From positions 1,047 through 65,046 of the forward strand of contig DATHJY010000007.1 of assembly GCA_035489575.1 (NCBI GenBank): a DNA stretch of 64,000 bases, read 5' to 3'. This DNA comes from Verrucomicrobiia bacterium. GTDB taxonomy: Bacteria > Patescibacteriota > Saccharimonadia > Saccharimonadales > JAGQNK01. This document shows positions 8,905-17,037 of this stretch, in pieces (position 1 is the first letter of the stretch; each line of letters starts with the position of its first letter). A program made the position numbers and the translations under genes. The notes beneath the pieces are model-generated. The model had not been told where the DNA came from. It searched no databases and worked only from the letters and a program-made list of their open reading frames with translations.

Positions 8905-10797
8905 CTAAGCCAGGACTGCCTTAATTCGGCGTACACCTGCGCTACTGGCTTCTTCTTTGGTGATTTTGAATTTCTTGCCGTCTTCAAAGAGTTGGAGCGT
9001 GTGGTCGACGTGGGGACCACCACAGATCTCAAAGCTAAAGGGTTTGTCTGCGCCGTCAGCAATCATCTTGTATACCTTGACCGTGTCACCGTAGCGGTCG
9101 CCAAACTGGCCCAAGGCGCCCTTTTCTTCACGCGCGACTTTTGTCGGGTATTCTTCCCAAGATACTTTGAGGTCTTTGGCGATCTGCTCGTTCACGATTT
9201 TCTCTACTTGGTCCAGCTGTTCCCGTGTTACTTTTTCGGGATGGCTAAAGTCAAAACGTAGGCGCTCTTCGGTAATATTGCTGCCGCGCTGAATGACATG
9301 ATCACCCAATACTTCGCGTAAGGCCTGGTACATCAGGTGCGTGGCGGTGTGGTATTTCTTGTGCTGCAGGGTTTGTCCGCCCAGGCCACCCTTGAAGGTG
9401 CCTTTGGCGGCCGTCTGTGAACGCTCGCGCTGTTCTTTCATTTTGGCGTCAAACTCTTTCTGCCACTCAGCAGAGACTTCGATACCCTGCATGGCCGCCT
9501 CTTCTACACTGAGCTCTAATGGAAAGCCGTAGGTATCATAGAGCGTAAAGATATGGCTGCCATCAAGCTTGCCAGCGCCGCCCATTTTTTGCAGTTCTTT
9601 TACGCCCTTGCGAAGGGTTTGGCGAAAGACCTTTTCTTCGCGAACCAGTATATCAACCACTTCCTGGCGCTTTTCGGCTACTTCTGGGAAGTCCTCGTGA
9701 TACAGATCGGCAATAGCGGGTACGATTTGTTCCAGGAAGTTCTGTTCGATACCCAGGTCAAAGGCAAAGCGGATAGCGCGACGCATCAGGCGACGCATAA
9801 CGTAGCCCTGCTCTTTATTGCTGGGCACCACACCGTCTACGGCCAGGAAAGTCGCGCTCCGCAAGTGATCTGCAATCACACGCATGCTGGTTGTGTGGCT
9901 ATCGTATTTTTTGCCAGACAGCTCTTCCAGCCGCTGCACAATTGGCCACATGATACTGATCTTGAACATATCGGGGCTATTAATAGCCGCCATGGCGATA
10001 CGCTCCAAGCCACCGCCAAAGTCGATGTTTTTCTTGGGCAGCTTTTCAAATCCTTGCTCGGTACGCCGATACTCCATGAGTACGTTGTTACCGATTTCTA
10101 CAAACCTGCCGCAATCGCAGTTGGGGTGACATTTTTCACCATATTCGGGATTGTGATCTACAAAATCAAACTCATAAAATATTTCGGTCGAGGGACCGCC
10201 CGGCTCACCCGGGGGCATGTCACTAATTTTGCCATTCCGGCACCACCAATTTTTGGCAGCATCATAAGCAAAGATACGCTGGCCAGGCTGCATGCCAGTT
10301 GCCGCGGCGTTTTCCTCGGACCCTAGGTCGGCCTCGGTGGCGTCGATGCCCTTAGCCTGGAATAGTTTTTTCCAGATGTCGGCAGACTCGGTGTCTTTAG
10401 GAATAGAAAACTCTTCACTACCAATAAAAGTAGTTACATAGAGTTTCTGCGGATCTAGCCCCACCACATCTGTGTAGAATTCAAAAATCCAAGGTAATTG
10501 CTCGGCCTTAAAATAATCCCCGAGTGACCAGTTGCCCAGCATCTCGAAGAAAGTATCGTGACGATTATCACCCACTTCTTCTATGTCTTGTACGCGAATA
10601 ACAGTTTGGCTGTCTACCAGTTTGGTGCCCTGTGGGTGCTCCTCGCCCAACAAATACGGGACCAGCGGCTGCATGCCGGAGCCCGTGAATAATGTAGTTG
10701 GGTCGTTTTGTGGCACCAGAAGTGCCCGCGGAATAACGGCGTGACCGCGTTCTTTGAAGAATTCAAGGTAGGCTTTTCTGATTTCTTGGGCATTCAT
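8905..10797 (-). CDS. alaS: alanine--tRNA ligase, short form (catalytic, tRNA-binding and editing domains; no C-Ala domain)
   Basis: MNAQEIRKAYLEFFKERGHAVIP...FTGSGMQP N-terminus and the HTATHLM editing motif; ends GGPHV...GVRRIKAVLA. Start at 10797; the track ORF extension to 11337 is antisense to a GC-rich ORF. Confidence 0.9.
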   Translation of the reverse strand: MNAQEIRKAYLEFFKERGHAVIPRALLVPQNDPTTLFTGSGMQPLVPYLLGEEHPQGTKLVDSQTVIRVQDIEEVGDNRHDTFFEMLGNWSLGDYFKAEQLPWIFEFYTDVVGLDPQKLYVTTFIGSEEFSIPKDTESADIWKKLFQAKGIDATEADLGSEENAAATGMQPGQRIFAYDAAKNWWCRNGKISDMPPGEPGGPSTEIFYEFDFVDHNPEYGEKCHPNCDCGRFVEIGNNVLMEYRRTEQGFEKLPKKNIDFGGGLERIAMAAINSPDMFKISIMWPIVQRLEELSGKKYDSHTTSMRVIADHLRSATFLAVDGVVPSNKEQGYVMRRLMRRAIRFAFDLGIEQNFLEQIVPAIADLYHEDFPEVAEKRQEVVDILVREEKVFRQTLRKGVKELQKMGGAGKLDGSHIFTLYDTYGFPLELSVEEAAMQGIEVSAEWQKEFDAKMKEQRERSQTAAKGTFKGGLGGQTLQHKKYHTATHLMYQALREVLGDHVIQRGSNITEERLRFDFSHPEKVTREQLDQVEKIVNEQIAKDLKVSWEEYPTKVAREEKGALGQFGDRYGDTVKVYKMIADGADKPFSFEICGGPHVDHTLQLFEDGKKFKITKEEASSAGVRRIKAVLA

Positions 10798-10845
10798 GGC
10801 ATGCATTATAACAGAGGTGAACAAAACTAGCCAATCAGACAAATA

Positions 10846-10874
10846 TTGATTTGTATATATTTTTATGTTATAAT
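10846..10874 (+). promoter_or_regulatory. sigma70-type promoter of cassette C1
   Basis: TTGATT (10846-10851), 17 nt, then TGtTATAAT (TATAAT at 10869-10874). Confidence 0.5.
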
Positions 10875-10962
10875 AGCAGAGCATGTGACTAGGGTGAAAA
10901 CTCGTTACCTGCGCCATTGACGCTGCAATCTCCCACAAGCCTCCAACCCAAGGAGACACCCC

Positions 10963-11394
10963 ATGTCCGACATTTCCAGCTCCCCCGTGGTCATCCGGCA
11001 TACCGACCTCGGCACCTACGTCGTCACGACCCCCGAGGACTTCGACTGCAACGACCCCTCCGCCAAGTGGGCGATCGACAAGGTCAACGCGGTGCTGAAC
11101 TTCCTGGCCCAGGCCGAGCCCCTCCTGCGTGACACCATGCAGGTCCCCCTGGTCGACGGCCAGCCCCCGCGAGGCACCCGTGCGCTCACCTACGGCGAGT
11201 CCTTCATGACGGACTACACGCTGGTGCACCACGACAACGGTGTGCACAAGCTGCTCATCAACATCGTGGTGTCCATGCCGACCATCAACGCCGCGGCGTA
11301 TCACGCAGTGGCCGTACTGACGCGCCACGCCCTGCATGGCGCAACGTCGCTCAACCAGCTGCTGATCAACGGCCTCCAGCTGATGAGCGCCTAG
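10963..11394 (+). CDS. cassette C1: GC3-rich hypothetical protein (143 aa)
   Basis: AAGGAGA SD at 10950-10956. 18 of the first 20 codons end in G/C, against 10 of 20 for the adjacent alaS. No recognisable domain. Confidence 0.7.
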   Translation: MSDISSSPVVIRHTDLGTYVVTTPEDFDCNDPSAKWAIDKVNAVLNFLAQAEPLLRDTMQVPLVDGQPPRGTRALTYGESFMTDYTLVHHDNGVHKLLINIVVSMPTINAAAYHAVAVLTRHALHGATSLNQLLINGLQLMSA

Positions 11395-11405
11395 GGGCCA
11401 TGATC

Positions 11406-11439
11406 GGGGCGAGCACTTCCACCATAAGGTGCTCGCCCC
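11406..11439 (+). terminator. GC hairpin 3' of C1
   Basis: GGGGCGAGCAC pairs with GTGCTCGCCCC 12 nt after the stop, followed by a C-run, a pyrimidine tract and TTATTTTTATT (to ~11497). Confidence 0.4.
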
Positions 11440-11559
11440 TCAGGCCTGCCCCCGCTCCGTCTCTGTCCGCCTATTGTTCTGTCTATTATTTTTATTCCAC
11501 GCTTAAAAAGTGATTATTTTAGCAGCTGTACTAAACCACCAGTATTATAGTTTTCGATT

Positions 11560-11940
11560 ATGGATACACTTATACCCCGAGACCGCTCCTCTTCACCAGC
11601 CCAAGACCTGTCTTTTCCCTTTCGGGTAGATGACGATGGTCTACATCTAGACCGGACAGAGGCCCAGCTCGTTTACGACGATCTGACCGATTCACGTATA
11701 AATGGTAACGACGCCCTTCTGGGGCATTTGCATACCGACCTTCAGGGTGCGCTAGAGGCTGATGAACTCCCTGATGCGCTTAGCCTCAGCAGAGAGCACA
11801 TTGTTGGGCTAAAGATATATTACGGCGAAATCGCTAACCAGATGGATCGCGCCGAACACAGGGGTGTCCGAGTCTACGGGCGCTACGTCACGATACTATC
11901 TGGCCTGATCCCACTGCCTTCCCCCGACGAAGTATCATAG
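11560..11940 (+). CDS. hypothetical acidic protein (126 aa), intermediate GC
   Basis: ORF between C1 and C2 on the same strand, with no recognisable domain. Confidence 0.5.
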   Translation: MDTLIPRDRSSSPAQDLSFPFRVDDDGLHLDRTEAQLVYDDLTDSRINGNDALLGHLHTDLQGALEADELPDALSLSREHIVGLKIYYGEIANQMDRAEHRGVRVYGRYVTILSGLIPLPSPDEVS

Positions 11941-11953
11941 TTCTTCCTGTGAA

Positions 11954-11982
11954 TTGATTTAAAACTAATTTTATGCTATAAT
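11954..11982 (+). promoter_or_regulatory. sigma70-type promoter of cassette C2
   Basis: TTGATT (11954-11959), 17 nt, then TGcTATAAT (11977-11982). Confidence 0.5.
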
Positions 11983-12171
11983 AATATAGTTAGCGTCTCT
12001 GGTATTTCTTGAGTCTCTAGCACTTTTATAACAGACAGAACGATATGATCCAGTTGAGCAGCAGGCCCGCTTTTACCATAAAAGTGAGTGTGCTGCTCAA
12101 CTGGCATCTTTTGGCAACCCAGCCAACAAGCAGCCGCTGACATCCTGCCCACCCCAAAGAATTGAGGCCTC

Positions 12172-12615
12172 ATGCCCACCGAACAACTCACCACCCTGCG
12201 CCGGATCGACACCCCTACGGTGCGGATCTCCCTGATGAGCAAGACCAAGAAGGAAGTCAACCCGGACGACCTGCCCGACTGGCTCGTAAGGCAGCTCGAC
12301 ACCCTGGAGCGGTTCCTGCGGCAGGTCGCACCCTACCTGGGAACGACCGACGACGATGAGGTCCGCACCTTCTCCTCGCCGCAGGCCATCCAGCCATGCT
12401 CGAACTACAACGGCTTCATCACGCTGCGTGATCCGGACAGCGACTTCCCCAAGTCCGAGGCCGAGGTGCATGTCGATGTGGAGCTGCCCTACGAGTACCA
12501 CGACAGCTTCGTCCCCCTCGTGTTCAGCGTCTGCAAGATGGCTCAAGACCACGTGGGTGGCACCTTCGGCTTCGTCGGCTTCGTCGTGAGCCAGATCCAC
12601 CGCTACGGCAAGTAG
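12172..12615 (+). CDS. cassette C2: GC3-rich hypothetical protein (147 aa), distant paralog of C1
   Basis: GC3-rich ORF. It shares a W-x3-(K/Q)-x5-FL-x-Q-x2-P-x-L segment with C1 (DWLVRQLDTLERFLRQVAPYL versus KWAIDKVNAVLNFLAQAEPLL). Confidence 0.7.
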   Translation: MPTEQLTTLRRIDTPTVRISLMSKTKKEVNPDDLPDWLVRQLDTLERFLRQVAPYLGTTDDDEVRTFSSPQAIQPCSNYNGFITLRDPDSDFPKSEAEVHVDVELPYEYHDSFVPLVFSVCKMAQDHVGGTFGFVGFVVSQIHRYGK

Positions 12616-12631
12616 CCACTCACGGTAACCA

Positions 12632-12665
12632 GGGGCGGGCGCCTACCATCATTGGCGCTCGCCCC
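12632..12665 (+). terminator. GC hairpin 3' of C2
   Basis: GGGGCGGGCGCC pairs with GGCGCTCGCCCC, followed by a C-run, pyrimidine tract, CTGTCT box and T-run. Confidence 0.4.
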
Positions 12666-12719
12666 ACGGCGTGCCTTTTTGCCCCCTTGTTGTCCGTTCT
12701 GTCTGTTATTTTTTATTAC

Positions 12720-13904
12720 TTACCGTGGCGAAATGCGAATAATCTTGTCCTGGCTGCTGCCATTATCGGTGGTTAGATACAGCTCTTCATTTGGGCCCAT
12801 AACTGCACTACGCAGCCGGCCAAATTCGCCCTCGAACAGTGTTTGCTGGGACACTACTTTGTCATTGATTATTTCCAGCAAGCGCACCTGCTTGTCCTTA
12901 AGGACCGCCATGGCCAAGCGACCATTGAAGTCCTTCCACTTAGCGCCAGAGACAAAGGTCATACCAGAGGGTGCGATAGTAGTCTCGCCCGAGTTCCACA
13001 CAGCATCCACGGCATCTGGAAACTTGGCCTTGTCTGTCATGGGAAAGTTCTCGTCGTAAGATGGCGGACCAGGACTCCACCCCATATTGCCTTTGATTAG
13101 TTTGTTCACCTCATCCTCCCGGTCCACGCCATGCTCTACGCTATAGCCATACACACCACCACGCGGCACCTGGTACATAGCCAACCCCTGTATATTGCGG
13201 TGCCCGTAGTTATAAATACGTGGGTCAAATGCACCGCCCAGATTATCCGAGACTGGCTTGCCGTCGCGGTCCACCCGCAACACCTTGCCAGACAGACTCT
13301 TTGGATCTTGCGGATTGGTGTAAATAGCTGAGTCACCGGTGCCTATCCATAGATTGCCATCGGCCCCAAACCGTGGACGACACCCCGAGTGACGTCGATT
13401 GGGCGTCTGTGGCGTAACCGGGTACGACTTGATGCCCGTCACAATATCTACCTTGTCAGTCAGACCGGTAACGTCAGCATTTACTTTCCAGCGGCTCACC
13501 CGAATATCTGGACGGGTATCGTAGCAGGCATAGATGTAGCGATTGTCTTTGAACTGGGGATCTATCGCCAAGCCCAATAGACCGCCCTCGCCCACAGCGT
13601 ATACATCTGGTAGTTTGTACACAATGGCTTTTTGCCCCTGCGCTAGCTTGCTAATGGTGCCCGCCCGTTCGGTAAATAGCATGGTGTCGTCGGGCAGAAA
13701 GGCCACATCCCAGACATTGTTCAGCTTATCCAGCACGATCTGGCGCTGCAGATCAGGGGCGCCCAATTTGCCTTCCTGAACCATCTGGGCGTCGTCGACC
13801 GCAGGGGCCAGCGCCTGGCGCACACGCACAGTCAGCCACAGGGCCACGCCTATGGCAAGTACACCGATGCCCAAGAGGAGCAACGTCCCACGCCTATTCT
13901 TCAT
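12720..13904 (-). CDS. PQQ-dependent sugar (glucose/sorbosone) dehydrogenase-like beta-propeller, secreted
   Basis: Signal/TM N-terminus MKNRRGTLLLLGIGVLAIG and YliI/GSDH-like motifs (HSGCRPRFGADGNLWIGTGD, YNYGHRNIQGLA). Confidence 0.75.
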   Translation of the reverse strand: MKNRRGTLLLLGIGVLAIGVALWLTVRVRQALAPAVDDAQMVQEGKLGAPDLQRQIVLDKLNNVWDVAFLPDDTMLFTERAGTISKLAQGQKAIVYKLPDVYAVGEGGLLGLAIDPQFKDNRYIYACYDTRPDIRVSRWKVNADVTGLTDKVDIVTGIKSYPVTPQTPNRRHSGCRPRFGADGNLWIGTGDSAIYTNPQDPKSLSGKVLRVDRDGKPVSDNLGGAFDPRIYNYGHRNIQGLAMYQVPRGGVYGYSVEHGVDREDEVNKLIKGNMGWSPGPPSYDENFPMTDKAKFPDAVDAVWNSGETTIAPSGMTFVSGAKWKDFNGRLAMAVLKDKQVRLLEIINDKVVSQQTLFEGEFGRLRSAVMGPNEELYLTTDNGSSQDKIIRISPR

Positions 13905-13976
13905 ACCTCTATGGTACCACGCCTCATAACTCAACAGCCCATCCCATATTCATCACCCTTTCCAAACCGCTCTCTC

Positions 13977-14023
13977 GCTCATTTCAGGGTCGAACCCTGA
14001 AACAGGGTTCGACCCTGAAATGA
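13977..14023. repeat. REP-like palindromic element (copy 1)
   Basis: CTCATTTCAGGGTCGAACCCTG, AAA, then CAGGGTTCGACCCTGAAATGAG: a perfect 22-bp inverted repeat. Related copies occur at 58734-58797. Confidence 0.8.
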
Positions 14024-14057
14024 GGACTCTGGATGAGGATCTCGCATAATATGGGTA

Positions 14058-14825
14058 TTATTTGATGATGAAGACTCCGAGTAGTGGCGAATGATCAGAG
14101 GGAGAGCGCGGCAGAACGTTGAACTCCTCTAAGTGCAGCTCGCCGTGTTTTGTCCAAAGTATATTGTCGTAGTTAGCAAGAGCAATCCGCCACTTTTGGC
14201 CATTCCAGCGCCAGGTGGGGTTTCGCAGCGAACCAGTGCGTCGCCCAAGGTGCTGGGGCATGCGAAGCCACGGTGCCATATATTTTGTTTCGTTAAAGTC
14301 ACCACCAATTATCACGCTCTTATGCGCGACGCTTTCCAGCAGCTTTTCGTAAGTTCGGCGGTGCTTAACATGCGTGGACCAGTTCATAAAGAACAAGGCA
14401 GCCAGATAATTTACGACGATGGCTACATCTTCTCCGCCGAATCGCAGGTGTGCCTCTATGGCTTTTACGTGGTAGCCTTGGTAGCCGCGCGCTTTGTTGG
14501 CCTGCGTATCCGGCCCCAGCCGGTGATCAACTATTTTGGTGGGCTTTTGTTTGGTTACCAGTGCGCTACCAATCATCCACTGATCTGACATAGGGCTAAA
14601 CGGTGCAAAGTGCGTTTTGTACCCCTGCTTCTTGAAATAGTCCAGCACCGGGGAGGCGTTGGTCTGACGATGGACCAGCACCTCATTTAGCCCAAATACG
14701 TCAGGGTCGTAGGCTTTTATAAAGTGGTCAAATTTTGCCTGCAGCTTGGAACCGTCGTCACGCCGGCCACTCTGTACCTGCTCCCAGATATTCCAAAAAA
14801 CAACAGTTACCTGTGTGTTTGCCAT
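14058..14825 (-). CDS. endonuclease/exonuclease/phosphatase (EEP) family protein
   Basis: VVFWNIW near the N-terminus, IIGGDFNE, and SDHSPLLGVF near the C-terminus. Start at MANTQVT (14825). Confidence 0.75.
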   Translation of the reverse strand: MANTQVTVVFWNIWEQVQSGRRDDGSKLQAKFDHFIKAYDPDVFGLNEVLVHRQTNASPVLDYFKKQGYKTHFAPFSPMSDQWMIGSALVTKQKPTKIVDHRLGPDTQANKARGYQGYHVKAIEAHLRFGGEDVAIVVNYLAALFFMNWSTHVKHRRTYEKLLESVAHKSVIIGGDFNETKYMAPWLRMPQHLGRRTGSLRNPTWRWNGQKWRIALANYDNILWTKHGELHLEEFNVLPRSPSDHSPLLGVFIIK

Positions 14826-14874
14826 GCAAATAACTATATCAAGTACAAAGCGCGACATGCATGATTGTCCAAAC

Positions 14875-14903
14875 TTGCAAAAAGTAGTTTTATATGCTAA
14901 AAT
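14875..14903 (+). promoter_or_regulatory. sigma70-type promoter of cassette C3
   Basis: TTGCAA (14875-14880), 17 nt, then TGcTAAAAT (14898-14903). Confidence 0.5.
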
Positions 14904-15062
14904 AGTTTTATCTCTATCAGAGGCTACGTCTCGTTAGAGTACCTTTATAAGCAGACAGGATCCTGTGGTCGGGTGTGAAATAAGCCTATCAACTATAGTG
15001 ATAGTTTTATTTCACATTCGACCAACCCCGACACGGGCACATGCCCGACACCAAGGAGAGAC

Positions 15063-15485
15063 ATGCTCCAGACCCTAACCCAGACGGCCAAGAACGGCGC
15101 GGACATCGCCATGCGACTGCTGGCGCCTTACGGCCTCGACATCGACTTCCGGAAGACCAGCTTCGGCTGCATCCTGTTCATCCTCGCAGAGAGGAAGTGG
15201 CACGCCGAGTGGAACCTGGCCCAGCAACGGGTCGAGGAACACTCCGAGCGAGTGAAGAGCCTGGAGGGCACCATCGGTGGCTTCGCACAGCACTTCAGCG
15301 GCAACGCCAGCTGGCATGCGATCAGGACCACCTTCATGGGTCATGACCTCAGCCTGTTCATCGCCATGGCCGAGGGCTACCACACGAACGCCGAACAGCT
15401 GGACTACCTCCTGCACTGGCTGAGCAACCCCCAGGCCGAGACCAGCCGCCTCGAGGAAGTCCTCAGGACGACGCGCCACCACTAG
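15063..15485 (+). CDS. cassette C3: GC3-rich hypothetical protein (140 aa)
   Basis: AAGGAGAG SD at 15053-15060 and a GC3-rich ORF. Distantly similar to C4b (KW-x-W/A, GH-E/D-L and DYLL-x-x-L segments in the same order). Confidence 0.7.
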   Translation: MLQTLTQTAKNGADIAMRLLAPYGLDIDFRKTSFGCILFILAERKWHAEWNLAQQRVEEHSERVKSLEGTIGGFAQHFSGNASWHAIRTTFMGHDLSLFIAMAEGYHTNAEQLDYLLHWLSNPQAETSRLEEVLRTTRHH

Positions 15486-15638
15486 CGGCCACTGACCCCG
15501 CAAGTCGACAGGACTGGACATAGGTTCAGGACACTGCTGGCTGCTGCCCGTGCTCCCCCTTTGTCCAGTTCCTGTCTGCTTGTTTTTCTTTTACGCCCCT
15601 CTGGGCTATTTTTTATACTATGCCCAGATGAAAGCGGG

Positions 15639-15666
15639 TTGATTTTTTATAATTTTATGGTAATGT
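15639..15666 (+). promoter_or_regulatory. promoter of cassette C4
   Basis: TTGATT (15639-15644), 16 nt, then TGgTAATGT. Confidence 0.4.
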
Positions 15667-15858
15667 ATACGCAACTCTAAGGTGCCGCTTGTGGCACCTC
15701 TATTAGAGTTCTTTTACAAGCAGACAGATGATGGATGAGTAGCAAGGCTATCTTTGCCCGGTAGTTTTGCTACTCATCCATGTCAAACGACAAAGGTTAG
15801 ATGCGACAATCGGTTGCGTCTAGAGTCCATGGACTCTGAGTTCCTTTTGGAGGCCATC

Positions 15859-16311
15859 ATGAAAGAAGGCGTCAAGAACTTCCTCCGTACCCTCTACAAC
15901 ACCCTCCGCACCATGCTCGACTCCACCCAGACCGAGGGCACTTCCGACCCCGAGCCCAGGCCCAACATTCCGGTTTACCGTGGCGCCCGTTGCTGCATCA
16001 GCATCGACGTGTTCGACGGCGACGAAGAACTGACGCGTCGGGCCGAGGCTTTCCTGGCCGCACTGGCCACGCATGACCTAGCCCTGGTGAACTACATAGA
16101 CCACTTCCCCGGAGGGATTCGTGTGTTCATCCGCCCCTTCCCGGGCGAGCACGATCTGGTAGTCAAGTACTACAAGCGCGGCAATTGTCTGGACCGTCGA
16201 GCCGCGACCTACCTGACCATCCTGGTCGAGGAGTTCTTCCGCGCCGACAACGTCGACGGACTGGCGATCGAACTCAGCAAGACAAGCTCCATCCCCGCAC
16301 ACATCCGCTAG
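15859..16311 (+). CDS. cassette C4a: GC3-rich hypothetical protein
   Basis: GGAGG SD at 15848-15852 precedes the ATG at 15859. An alternative in-frame ATG lies at 15829; the track start at 15754 falls inside the leader hairpin. Confidence 0.65.
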   Translation: MKEGVKNFLRTLYNTLRTMLDSTQTEGTSDPEPRPNIPVYRGARCCISIDVFDGDEELTRRAEAFLAALATHDLALVNYIDHFPGGIRVFIRPFPGEHDLVVKYYKRGNCLDRRAATYLTILVEEFFRADNVDGLAIELSKTSSIPAHIR

Positions 16312-16346
16312 TGCCGCGACACTCATTACAGACTGGAGATACCAGC

Positions 16347-16817
16347 ATGCTGGTTTCTGTCCTGAGCTTCCTGACTTGCTTCAAGGTGGAACACCTGGTC
16401 GATGAGTTCAGGAGACGGTTCGCCCCCGACCCCGAGCTCAACGTCATGGACAGCACCGCCCTCATTGGCATCGTGATCAGCTTCACCGCCGACCAGGAAA
16501 AGTGGCGCTGGCAAAGTGCCAGGCACGCAGTGCTACACCACTGCATCCGCCTACGCCGGATACACGAGGACATCCACTCCTTCCTGGAGCGCTTCGAAGA
16601 CTGCATCGGGAGTCGACCCGAGCTAGTGACGGACTACCGAGGCCACGAGCTGCGGACATGGTTCGACTGTAAGGGCGACACCGGGCTCTCCATGGCCGCC
16701 GCGGACTATCTGCTGCGAGTACTCGCCATGGTGGACGCCACCGACAAGCAACTCCGGAACGCTCTGCGCATCACCGAACTCCCCCAGGATGCCGCCATAG
16801 TGGCATCCGCGTCGTAA
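16347..16817 (+). CDS. cassette C4b: GC3-rich hypothetical protein (156 aa), second gene of the C4 unit
   Basis: GGAGA SD 7 nt upstream of the ATG, 35 nt after the C4a stop. Paralog-like to C3. Confidence 0.7.
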   Translation: MLVSVLSFLTCFKVEHLVDEFRRRFAPDPELNVMDSTALIGIVISFTADQEKWRWQSARHAVLHHCIRLRRIHEDIHSFLERFEDCIGSRPELVTDYRGHELRTWFDCKGDTGLSMAAADYLLRVLAMVDATDKQLRNALRITELPQDAAIVASAS

Positions 16818-16979
16818 CCGTAGCCCTCATGGGCCAAGCAGCAGGGCTGGACGAAGGCTCAGGATGTTGCTGGCTGATGCCGGTATCTCCCCCTTTGTCC
16901 AGTTCCTGTCTGCTTGTTTTACTTTTTATGCCACGCCCCTGTGGGCTTTTTTTATACCACCGCATAAGAAGGGGCAGGA

Positions 16980-17008
16980 TTGAATTTTATTAACTTTTAT
17001 GCTATAAA
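16980..17008 (+). promoter_or_regulatory. sigma70-type promoter of cassette C5
   Basis: TTGAAT (16980-16985), 17 nt, then TGcTATAAA (17003-17008). Confidence 0.45.
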
Positions 17009-17037
17009 ATTGATATAACGTACTCGCTTACTCCCTG

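Noticed and set aside
10798-11337. N-terminal 180-aa extension of the alaS ORF in the track (ORF 8905-11337)
   Set aside because: The extension is antisense to the GC3-rich C1 ORF, where all frames stay open. The alaS homology starts at MNAQEIRK (10797), and the AT-rich promoter region of C1 lies in between.
13981-14023. GGTTCGACC resembling a tRNA T-arm (also at 58781-58790)
   Set aside because: The stem CAGGG/CCCTG closes a 5-nt loop rather than a 7-nt T-loop, there are no acceptor, D or anticodon arms, and the sequence is part of a perfect palindromic repeat.
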